Source: Clostridia bacterium
Lineage (GTDB): Bacteria; Bacillota; Clostridia; Oscillospirales; CAG-272
Direction of reading: 5' to 3'
DNA: 44,984 bases
NCBI GenBank assembly: GCA_017452665.1
Contig: JAFTLZ010000104.1
Location: 1 to 44,984, forward strand
Part shown: positions 27,438 through 34,941 of the stretch, piece by piece
How the letters are laid out: the number at the start of each line of letters is the position of its first letter
How positions within the stretch are numbered: the stretch's first letter is position 1
The notes under the pieces: model-generated
What the model was told of the DNA's origin: nothing
Databases searched by the model: none
What the model saw: the letters and a program-made list of their open reading frames with translations, nothing else
Made by a program: the position numbers and the translations under genes

Positions 27438-28139
27438 ATGGATTTTCTAAATGTGATTCTAACATCATTGCTGTCTGTGTTGGCGCTGTTTGTCATTGCC
27501 AAAATTATGGGGCACAAGCAGATGGCACAACTGGATTTTTTTGATTATATTAGCGGAATCACCGTCGGCTCGATTGCCGCAGAGCTGGCAACCGAGCTGG
27601 AGGAGCCGTGGAAACCACTGACCGCTTTGGTGATTTACGGCGGCATTTCGGTATTGTTGAGTTTGATTACGCATCACTTTCCAAAGTCGCGTAAATTCAT
27701 CAATGGTTCTCCAACCATACTGATGGATAACGGAAAGCTGTATCGGCAAAATCTCAAAAAGGCCAATCTAGATTTGAGTGAATTTATGGTATTGTGTCGA
27801 GAGCGCGGATATTTTGATTTGAACGATATTCAAACTGCGATCTTTGAGCACGATGGAAAGCTGACAGTTCTTCCCGTTAGCCAAAAGCGCCCCGCAACGC
27901 CTGCGGATATGGGGCTGAACCCCCCCGCAGAGCATATTGGAACCGAGGTGATTATGGACGGTAGAATTCTGGATGAAAATCTAAAGAGAATGGGGCTGAA
28001 CAGCCAATGGTTGGATAAGCAGTTGAAGGCACAAGGCTATCACAGCGCTAAGGATATTTTTCTTGGTGTGTGTGACCAAAACCAAAAGCTTTCTCTGTTT
28101 GCCATCACAGATGAGAAATCCTCCCGCCGCTCCGGTTGA
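27438..28139 (+). CDS. DUF421 (YetF-like) membrane protein
   Basis: KIMGHKQMAQLDFFDYISGITVGSIAAE, AIFEHDGKLTV, VIMDGRI. Confidence 0.9.
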   Translation: MDFLNVILTSLLSVLALFVIAKIMGHKQMAQLDFFDYISGITVGSIAAELATELEEPWKPLTALVIYGGISVLLSLITHHFPKSRKFINGSPTILMDNGKLYRQNLKKANLDLSEFMVLCRERGYFDLNDIQTAIFEHDGKLTVLPVSQKRPATPADMGLNPPAEHIGTEVIMDGRILDENLKRMGLNSQWLDKQLKAQGYHSAKDIFLGVCDQNQKLSLFAITDEKSSRRSG

Positions 28140-28149
28140 GAATTTGTAG

Positions 28150-28177
28150 CACCGCAATCCTTCTTTCCGCATATATT
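28150..28177 (+). promoter_or_regulatory. candidate sigma-K (late mother-cell) promoter
   Basis: CACC-16 nt-CATATATT matches the B. subtilis sigma-K consensus mACm-N16-CATAnnnT. Confidence 0.45.
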
Positions 28178-28181
28178 GTAA

Positions 28182-28510
28182 AAAGTCTGCATAGAAAAAT
28201 GAGACTCGGAAAAAAGATTGAAATGGTGGGACAACTCAAAATAAGGAGCTCAGCGTTCGAAAAAATGACTGTAGAGGTTCCTTTCAAATCAAGCTGGCTC
28301 TTATGATAGAGTCGGATATCAAAACCAATTTCACCGGTATCGTACTAATCCTGGTCACGTTGGCAGTAAGGCGGGGAGTTCACATACCAATCTGAAAAAC
28401 AGTGTCAAAAAGTTGTCGTATCATCGACAATGCACCAAACAGCGAGCAGAATGGATAGATCAGCTACTGTAAAAAAGCGTGGAAACCGTTATCGGGTTCC
28501 ACACTTTTTT
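28182..28510 (+). ncRNA. candidate structured non-coding RNA (~330 nt), family not recognised
   Basis: no RBS-led ORF; at least six stems, several with G-U pairs valid only on the plus strand; bounded by a promoter-like motif and a terminator. Confidence 0.4.
28471..28510. terminator. bidirectional intrinsic terminator
   Basis: AAAAAAGCGTGGAAACCG...CGGGTTCCACACTTTTTT. Confidence 0.85.
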
Positions 28511-28535
28511 GATTCGATCAATACTGTCAGAATCA

Positions 28536-29216
28536 TCATTCACCGCGCAGAGCTTGATTCATTGTCTTTGCAAGCTCGTCAGCATAAAAATCGTCCTTGC
28601 GGTGCAGTACCGTTCGTCTGCCGCCGTCATGCGTAATTACAAGGTCGCACAGCCTTGCGGTAATCTCCTGTTTTCCAACGGTAAACACCTGCTCGTCACG
28701 CTCAATCGCAATGCTTTCAATTGAGGAGAAGGGGATTTCCAGCGTCTGTTCGCTTTTTTCGTCTGAAATGAAGGAAAAAACGCGTGCTTTAATGTAAAAT
28801 GCATCGGTTAGTGTCACAATTTTTGCACAAAGATATTCGGACGAAACGGCATTTCCACCCTTTTGCTGCTTGATGAGCAGGTCTTTGCGAAACTGGTATC
28901 CGTCGCAAATTTCTTCACTCACCACGCGCGGCAGACGTTTGCGCAATTTTGAATCTTCCTTCAACTCAGGAAATTGGATCTGATCCAAATTTTTTTTGAT
29001 CACTTCCTTCAGATCACTTTCGCTTGCTCGTCCCGCATTCCCGTAAAAGTAGAGAACAAGTCCGAAGATCAGGATCACACCCCCGATCAAATACATGATA
29101 TAGGAGTACACAAACCCAAGAAAGAGAAATACCACGCCAATGCCGATTGCACCAAACCCGAAGGTCACGGTTTTATCCGAGCGCTTAAAATAATTGAGAA
29201 AGCTTGTATAGTTCAT
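28536..29216 (-). CDS. hypothetical membrane protein (two N-terminal TM helices, beta-rich C-terminus, possibly bacterial PH-like)
   Basis: start MNYTSF after TAAGGAG that overlaps the XRE stop; EIPFSSIESIAIE strand pattern. Confidence 0.7.
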   Translation of the reverse strand: MNYTSFLNYFKRSDKTVTFGFGAIGIGVVFLFLGFVYSYIMYLIGGVILIFGLVLYFYGNAGRASESDLKEVIKKNLDQIQFPELKEDSKLRKRLPRVVSEEICDGYQFRKDLLIKQQKGGNAVSSEYLCAKIVTLTDAFYIKARVFSFISDEKSEQTLEIPFSSIESIAIERDEQVFTVGKQEITARLCDLVITHDGGRRTVLHRKDDFYADELAKTMNQALRGE

Positions 29217-29226
29217 CTGATGCTCC

Positions 29227-29439
29227 TTATAATTGATTTGAAAATAATTCCGCGATCTCCACACCCAGGACAGATGCCACATCATCAAGGATCAGGATAT
29301 CGGGGCAGGAAAGACCTCGTTCCCATTTGGATACTGCCTGTGTCGAAACGCCCACAGCGGCGGCAACCTCCTGTTGCGTGCGTCCCGAGCGATGCCGCAG
29401 CTCGGCAATTCTGCGGCCGAATGTTTCAATGTCCAGCAC
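29227..29439 (-). CDS. XRE/Cro-CI family HTH regulator
   Basis: IAELRHRSGRTQQEVAAAVGVSTQAVSKWERGLSCPDI; AAAAGGAG RBS before GTG. Confidence 0.92.
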   Translation of the reverse strand: MLDIETFGRRIAELRHRSGRTQQEVAAAVGVSTQAVSKWERGLSCPDILILDDVASVLGVEIAELFSNQL

Positions 29440-29467
29440 TTAAAATCTCCTTTTGCTTTTTGGGTAG

Positions 29468-29505
29468 AAAAAAGGGGAACCGTGCGGAATCCGCAGGATT
29501 CCCCT
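29468..29505 (-). terminator. leader (attenuator-type) terminator upstream of the XRE gene
   Basis: minus strand AGGGGAATCCTGCGG-ATT-CCGCACGGTTCCCCT-TTTTT between the promoter and the XRE start. Confidence 0.8.
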
Positions 29506-29557
29506 AAAACTGTGTTCGGAGATTTTTATACTATGCCGTACAGGATGGGTTCCGCCT

Positions 29558-29620
29558 TCAGCGGAAGTGAGTCACCTTTGAGGCATACGAAAAATTTCCG
29601 ATTTTGTTTTGAATGAACAT
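29558..29620 (-). CDS. 20-aa leader peptide or small protein MFIQNKIGNFSYASKVTHFR
   Basis: AAAGGAGG RBS 8 nt before the ATG; below the ORF-track size cutoff. Confidence 0.6.
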   Translation of the reverse strand: MFIQNKIGNFSYASKVTHFR

Positions 29621-29651
29621 TCCATTAGCCTCCTTTCTTTTCATTTATTGA

Positions 29652-29697
29652 TCCGGTTGTACTTCCCGGAGCCGATGGAATCGGTTGTACTTCCCAA
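29652..29697 (-). repeat. twin hairpins with identical 9-nt loops GAAGUACAA
   Basis: 14-nt direct repeat GGGAAGTACAACCG at 29682-29695 and 29654-29667; stems TTGG/CCGA and TCCGG/CCGGA. Confidence 0.75.
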
Positions 29698-29714
29698 ATC
29701 CTTTCGACACAGCC

Positions 29715-29758
29715 AGTATACCATATTTTTTCATAAATGTCAATAAACTGTTAGTTTA
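29715..29758 (-). promoter_or_regulatory. strong sigma-A promoter with adjacent palindromic operator
   Basis: TTGACA-17 nt-TATACT with extended TG; TAAACT-N3-AGTTTA at 29744-29758 abuts the -35. Confidence 0.8.
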
Positions 29759-29855
29759 ATATGTCTCAACTTTTATGGGAGGGAGCTTTTGGTCTTCATA
29801 AATATAGTCTCCAAATATGCAAAAAGGTTCGCTGATTTTTGAAAAAAGAATGTGT

Positions 29856-32387
29856 TTAATTTCCCTTCTCCAATTTGCGGATGCCGGTTTGATTTTGCAA
29901 CAGCATCATCGCGCCGTTATCGTGGCGGCAGAAGGCGTATTCCGTGCCTGCAACAAAGCCGTCACTAAGACCGATCGCTTCGTATTTGCGATTCAAACCT
30001 TCGGCAATGGGGAAGTATCCCTCTCCGATGCCCGCATAGGAGGTTAGGTCGTAGGTCGCACATTGCGTATCCTCTTTGTAGTAGTGCTTTGCACGTACCA
30101 ACCCAACGCCGGGGGCAAACCAGTATTCCATTTTGCCGTTACGGTAGCTTAATCCTCCGCTCAAGCCGCTGACGTTCAAACGGAAGAGCATACAGTTCTC
30201 AAAGCTGCCGGCGGCTGTGGTTACTGTGCCGCCGTCTTCAATGCTGTAATCGTTTGTGGCATTTGCGGCATAGTTGATGCCCACAAGATGCCCGCTTTGT
30301 CCAATGCTCCACGCCTCATCCCACATACAGTGCATTGAATCCTCAAAAATGTCGTAGATGAAGTTGTAGAGCAGGGGATAGCCGCTGTTTTCAATCTTAC
30401 GCTTCCACTCAAACGAGTAGGTACGGTTGTCATACGTGGTGCTTTGATTTCCTTTTGTGCTGATCATGTTGCAAACAAAGAAGTTCCAGTGTCCGGATGC
30501 CGTGCGTGCCGGATTCATTCTTTCATCGGTTTCAAAAATGCGGCGCATCACCTCATTTGCCATGCGGGTGTGCTCCTTTTGGTAGGACGTTGCGGCAAGC
30601 TCCTCGGCGCGCTCCAGCCAATGCGACACATCCTTCAGTTGCGTTTCATTTTTGCGATCCCAATAATTTCCGCGCGCCGTGGTAATCACCTCGTCCCAGT
30701 CATTTTCGTTAATTCCGGTGCGTTGTGCGAGGGACGAGTGATACAAAACCGCCGAAGTTCCGTCAAACGAGGTGACCTCAAATACGTTTTCCATCTCGTA
30801 ATAGGCGGGATCAATACCCTGAGGAAGCGCGTATTCCCAGCGGTTTCCGACGGCAAAGGGAATCAAACCGGTTCCGCCGTTGATCTGATACCGCTTCAGC
30901 GTGGTGACGATTGTTCCTACCGGGAGTATCTTTTCCTGCCGTACGATTCCGATGTTGCGCTTGTACCAGGTTGTAATGATTTTCCCGGTCTTACCCTGAT
31001 ATTTCCACGCCTCACAGCCCCAAAAGGTTCCGGCGGCGGTTTGCACGGTCTCGTTGTTGGCAACAAAGGTGAGGGTGCTTTCTCCGTCTGAACTTTGGTA
31101 GCACTCTCCCGGCTTCATTTCGGAGTCGTAGAACGTGCGGTCGCACCGTGAGGCGTAGAAAAAGATAGATTCCCCCTGGTCAATTTCGGTTTTCATATGA
31201 CCGCCGCGGCTGTAGCCGGGTTGCTGCCAAAAGCGCAGCTTGCCGTCCAATAGGCGGTATTCCTCGCCGGTAGCACTGACACGAATCTTTTCATGCTCGG
31301 CAGATGCATAAGCTTTTTCTGCGCGGATGGCGGCAACGGCGTTGGCGTAGTAGATATCTGCAGGGGTCAGTAGAGAGAGAACCGTTTCAAAAGCCTCCAA
31401 CGCCTCGGTGCTTTGATGGGAATCGGAGTAGTTCAGACCCAGCCAGAACCAAACGTAAGCCGCTACTTTTTTGTAGCCTGCCTCCTCCAGGCGCGGGATC
31501 TGCTTGTTGCGCATAAAGTCGATTTGTTCCGTACCTTGAAATTTTTGGTACTCGTATGCCGCAATCATAGTCAGCACGTTTTCATTTTTGCCTTTTTCGG
31601 CAGCTTCACGGATTTTCTCTCGCATTTCGTCGCTTTTCTCACCCTCGCACCACCAAAATCCACATTGCAGTACATCGGCAAGCGCGCTGTATTTCTCCTG
31701 CGATTCGGGAAGTTGGTCGATGTCGGCAAGCACCTCGCGATACAGCACCTCAAATCCCGCTTTGTTATCCAAAAGCCTCCATTTTTTGATTTCTTCCACT
31801 TTTTTCATCACACGTTCGGTAAATGTTTCGTTGTTACTCATGGTATCCTCCATCTCCTTTCTAAGTTTGTCTCTTCCTTCATAAAGGCGATATTTTACGG
31901 TTCCCACGGGAATCGAAAGCCGATCCGAGATCTCCGCCAACGAAAGTCCTTCCACGTAGTGCATCAAAATCACCTTACGCACCTTTTCGGAAAGCTTGTG
32001 AATGCCGTTATGAAGCCGTTCATTCTTTTCGGAAAGCAAGGGAAAGGGAGGGAACTGCTCCTGCGCGAGGAGCTTTGTGTTTTGCAGATCCTCATAGTTG
32101 AGCATATCCCGAAACTGGCGAATGGTATTTTTTGCGCGGTTGCGGGCGATGCGGCAGATCCAAACGCCGAATTTGTCCGCCTCGCGCAAAGAATTCAGTT
32201 TGATCCAAGCCGAAACGAATGCATCCTGTGCCGCATCCTCGGCGAGATAGTGATCCCGCGTAACGGTGTAAGCCGAGGCGATTACAGCGCGTTGATAGCG
32301 CAGTACCAATTCTTCATAAGCTTTTTCCTTGCCAAGAAGAGTCATCATCACCAAGGTGTTATCATCGTGTTCCGAGTAATTCTCCAT
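29856..32387 (-). CDS. ECF sigma-70 factor with ~660-aa C-terminal extension (TPR-like helices plus two repeated beta domains)
   Basis: sigma2 (AEDAAQDAFVSAW, FGVWICRIARN), sigma4 (YVEGLSLAEIS, GTVKYRLYEGRDKLR); TPR-like WFWLGLNY...EALEAFETVL; duplicated TVxTAAGxF..C. Confidence 0.88.
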   Translation of the reverse strand: MENYSEHDDNTLVMMTLLGKEKAYEELVLRYQRAVIASAYTVTRDHYLAEDAAQDAFVSAWIKLNSLREADKFGVWICRIARNRAKNTIRQFRDMLNYEDLQNTKLLAQEQFPPFPLLSEKNERLHNGIHKLSEKVRKVILMHYVEGLSLAEISDRLSIPVGTVKYRLYEGRDKLRKEMEDTMSNNETFTERVMKKVEEIKKWRLLDNKAGFEVLYREVLADIDQLPESQEKYSALADVLQCGFWWCEGEKSDEMREKIREAAEKGKNENVLTMIAAYEYQKFQGTEQIDFMRNKQIPRLEEAGYKKVAAYVWFWLGLNYSDSHQSTEALEAFETVLSLLTPADIYYANAVAAIRAEKAYASAEHEKIRVSATGEEYRLLDGKLRFWQQPGYSRGGHMKTEIDQGESIFFYASRCDRTFYDSEMKPGECYQSSDGESTLTFVANNETVQTAAGTFWGCEAWKYQGKTGKIITTWYKRNIGIVRQEKILPVGTIVTTLKRYQINGGTGLIPFAVGNRWEYALPQGIDPAYYEMENVFEVTSFDGTSAVLYHSSLAQRTGINENDWDEVITTARGNYWDRKNETQLKDVSHWLERAEELAATSYQKEHTRMANEVMRRIFETDERMNPARTASGHWNFFVCNMISTKGNQSTTYDNRTYSFEWKRKIENSGYPLLYNFIYDIFEDSMHCMWDEAWSIGQSGHLVGINYAANATNDYSIEDGGTVTTAAGSFENCMLFRLNVSGLSGGLSYRNGKMEYWFAPGVGLVRAKHYYKEDTQCATYDLTSYAGIGEGYFPIAEGLNRKYEAIGLSDGFVAGTEYAFCRHDNGAMMLLQNQTGIRKLEKGN

Positions 32388-32444
32388 GTTGTTTCCTTTC
32401 TTTTTGCCTCCGTTTTTTGTGTTTGTATTTGCAGCTGCTACAGA

Positions 32445-32472
32445 TTAGACACAAAACAGACGGAAAAGGTTT
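32445..32472 (-). promoter_or_regulatory. candidate ECF-type autoregulatory promoter
   Basis: minus strand AAAC-18 nt-GTCTAA, resembling Bacillus sigma-M/V/W type promoters. Confidence 0.55.
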
Positions 32473-32542
32473 GGTTTTTTAGAAAAAATGAAAATTATTG
32501 GTCAAAATGTGATAAAAAAACTCTTAATTTTGTGTTTTCCTA

Positions 32543-32571
32543 TTGCAAATGATATTTTTTTGTGCTATAAT
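32543..32571 (+). promoter_or_regulatory. sigma-A promoter of the lipoprotein gene
   Basis: TTGCAA-17 nt-TATAAT with extended TG. Confidence 0.7.
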
Positions 32572-32621
32572 AAGAATAACAATATATAGATATTGTTTAA
32601 AAATGGAAAAGGAGATTGATT

Positions 32622-33407
32622 ATGAAAAAATTGTTGACATTATTGCTTGTGGGTTGTATGCTGTTTACAATCTGTGCAGGGCTTTCCTCTTGTATGTCTT
32701 TTCATCAATGTACATTTTCTGAGGTTTGGGCAATGGATGAAAGTTACCATTGGCATCGTTGTGAGGATGAAAACTGTACTGAAATTTCGGATAAAGCCGA
32801 TCACACCTGGGATGAAGGGGAAATTAAAACTGATGCAACGCAAGAAGCTGACGGTATCAAAACCTTTACTTGTACCGTTTGCGGTCAAACCAAAGAAGAA
32901 TCCGTTGCTTTTACCGGTATGACCGAGGATGAATGGAATAGTGCTTTTGCAGCGACAGTATTTGACAATTTGACATATACCGAGGTTGCAGTCATGGAGC
33001 CTGAAGGGATGGGAATACAAATAACTGCAACCAGCATCTATAAATTTACCGAAAACGATGTTATGATTTCGATGGAAATTGCCGGCCAAACCCAAGATGC
33101 AACTTATTCCGGGATAACGGCAGGAGAATACAAGCGCGCATTTTACGAATCCCTTATGCCGATTGTGGAATTTGAAGATTATCAATACGATGCAGAAACC
33201 AAATCGTATGTTCTTGTGGGAGAAGCAGAGATGGAAAGCCTTGACACAACGCTTTCCACGTCTGTTTTAAAATTTGAAAACGATAGGCTTGTGGAAATTA
33301 AGTATACCTGCCAGTATACAGATGCACAATCCGGAATCCTATATGATGTGGACACCACGATTACCTTTACTGATTACGGAACCACCGAACCACCGGAATC
33401 CACTTGA
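32622..33407 (+). CDS. acidic lipoprotein with His/Cys-rich N-terminal motif
   Basis: MKK signal peptide and LSSC lipobox; YHWHRC...C...HTW...CTVC; AAGGAG RBS. Confidence 0.8.
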   Translation: MKKLLTLLLVGCMLFTICAGLSSCMSFHQCTFSEVWAMDESYHWHRCEDENCTEISDKADHTWDEGEIKTDATQEADGIKTFTCTVCGQTKEESVAFTGMTEDEWNSAFAATVFDNLTYTEVAVMEPEGMGIQITATSIYKFTENDVMISMEIAGQTQDATYSGITAGEYKRAFYESLMPIVEFEDYQYDAETKSYVLVGEAEMESLDTTLSTSVLKFENDRLVEIKYTCQYTDAQSGILYDVDTTITFTDYGTTEPPEST

Positions 33408-33427
33408 TTGCCATAACCTTTGAATCG

Positions 33428-33456
33428 AAAAGGAGCGGATGTTTACCCGCTCCTTT
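33428..33456. terminator. bidirectional terminator
   Basis: AAAAGGAGCGG...CCGCTCCTTT between convergent genes. Confidence 0.75.
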
Positions 33457-33465
33457 CCTGCTTTT

Positions 33466-34941
33466 TCATTTATTTTGCATCTCCGCTTTTTGAAGGGATG
33501 GATGGAACGTATCCAAATAAATATAGTTGGTTCTTGATTTTGGGAGATGATTTTGTAATTGTTTTAAATGCGATACGCAAAGCCAGGAGATATGATCTTC
33601 ACTAAAATAAGTCAAAATATCCGCCAAGCCGCGCGCTCCTTCCTCATAAGCCGTTGTTTGAAATATCTCATTCAACAGGACCAATGATTCGGGTAGAATT
33701 TCCTGCAGCTTTTCCGAAAAATAACGCACTTCTTGCTCAAACCTTCCCGCATCGTCACAATTTTTCTCCTCGGATGCTGCAAACAGTGTGACAATATTTT
33801 TTCGAATTTTTAAAAGGCACTGATCTGCCGGAACAGGCAACCCGGCTTGTGCCAACAGCTGCATAGATCCGATGGAGCGCAAAAAGACGGTCTTTCCGCT
33901 CCCGTTGTTTCCAAAAATAACACAGCCCTTTTCGTCAAATGTAATACTGTGCGGTATTATTTCTTCAGTTTTTTTAAAAGTCAGTAAAAACAAATCGTAA
34001 AGTCCGCTGACTTGCCATTTTTCTGTTTCCGCAAACGTCGGGAAAACAATCGGTACTCGCTTTTGCTGCAAAAAATTGTAATAAAGAGCGCCAACCTCAA
34101 AAAATATCAGCTCGTTTTCAATCTCGCAAAAGCGATCTAAAATTTCTCCGTTTAATTGATCAAATAGATTTGCCAATTCGTAAAGCGGTTGAGAGATCAA
34201 ACGGTTGTAGACGGTATGGTTGGAAACTGCTAATTTGATCGATGGCGCATCCTCCGATTCCTTGCTTTTTTTGAAGAACATACGCTTGCTCTTTCGGTCG
34301 GGGTCTATGATACGAATAAAATGATGGTCGATCAAGCTTGCGTTTTTGATCATCCCAAGCTCATTCAATTCAACTCTGATATCGATCGGCTCGGAGGAAC
34401 CGAAAAACTCTAATCGGCTGCACAGAGATATCAGCTCCGAAAAAGCGGGAGAGGTTGAAAGCTTTTCTGCCTCGGTTCTCATTTCTTGAAGTCCTGTGGA
34501 GGAAACCGGAAATTCTTCCAACAGCTGAAATAAAGCTTTGACAAATAATAGGCAGGTTTTCAAATTTAAGGCACTTGTGCGCATATCCGTGCGTGCGGCC
34601 TCACAAAAAATTTGCATAGAGGCGTCGCGAAGATTTTTCAGTCTGTTTCTGCGGTATTGTTCGCGTGCGGTTTTGCATTTTCCAAAGCGCTCCATCAAAT
34701 CCGACATTTGCGAAAGCAATGCCGGAAATTGAATAAAATCCTTGAAAACCGCCTGCCGATACTGCACGTCTTGCGGTGAGCTTGGAAGTCGGGTGAGGTA
34801 CTTTAAAAAAGCTTTTCTTTTTTGTGGGTTTTCGCATATGAAAGAGATCATGCGATGTAGCGAAAGGTGCTCGACGGTTTGCGGAGATACTTGACTGTAT
34901 TGTTCATCACCGCGGTTGAGAAGACTAAGTTGCATCGCCAT
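33466..34941 (-). CDS. MutS-related protein, ATPase domain V only (partner B)
   Basis: GNNGSGKTVFLRS, QLLAQAGLPVPA, GRFEQE, LLNEIFQTT, VSHL; no mismatch-binding or Smr domain seen. Confidence 0.85.
   Translation of the reverse strand: MAMQLSLLNRGDEQYSQVSPQTVEHLSLHRMISFICENPQKRKAFLKYLTRLPSSPQDVQYRQAVFKDFIQFPALLSQMSDLMERFGKCKTAREQYRRNRLKNLRDASMQIFCEAARTDMRTSALNLKTCLLFVKALFQLLEEFPVSSTGLQEMRTEAEKLSTSPAFSELISLCSRLEFFGSSEPIDIRVELNELGMIKNASLIDHHFIRIIDPDRKSKRMFFKKSKESEDAPSIKLAVSNHTVYNRLISQPLYELANLFDQLNGEILDRFCEIENELIFFEVGALYYNFLQQKRVPIVFPTFAETEKWQVSGLYDLFLLTFKKTEEIIPHSITFDEKGCVIFGNNGSGKTVFLRSIGSMQLLAQAGLPVPADQCLLKIRKNIVTLFAASEEKNCDDAGRFEQEVRYFSEKLQEILPESLVLLNEIFQTTAYEEGARGLADILTYFSEDHISWLCVSHLKQLQNHLPKSRTNYIYLDTFHPSLQKAEMQNK

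Noticed and set aside
28199-28306. 35-codon ORF MRLGKKIEMVGQ... inside the candidate ncRNA
   Set aside because: No RBS before its ATG, and the internal AAGGAG has no start codon at usable distance; not strictly excluded.
29572-29625. Alternative uORF MECSFKTKSEIFRMPQR
   Set aside because: Its ATG is only 3 nt from GGAGG; the ATG at 29620 has an 8-nt spacing and is preferred.
29654-29695. Direct repeats as a mini-CRISPR or type III antitoxin array
   Set aside because: Only two 14-nt copies with a 14-nt spacer; no cas or ToxN/AbiQ-like gene nearby.
31413-32552. 379-aa plus-strand ORF opposite the ECF gene, considered as an anti-sigma
   Set aside because: Fully antisense to sigma2/sigma4, with no RBS, ZAS motif or credible TM-sensor layout.
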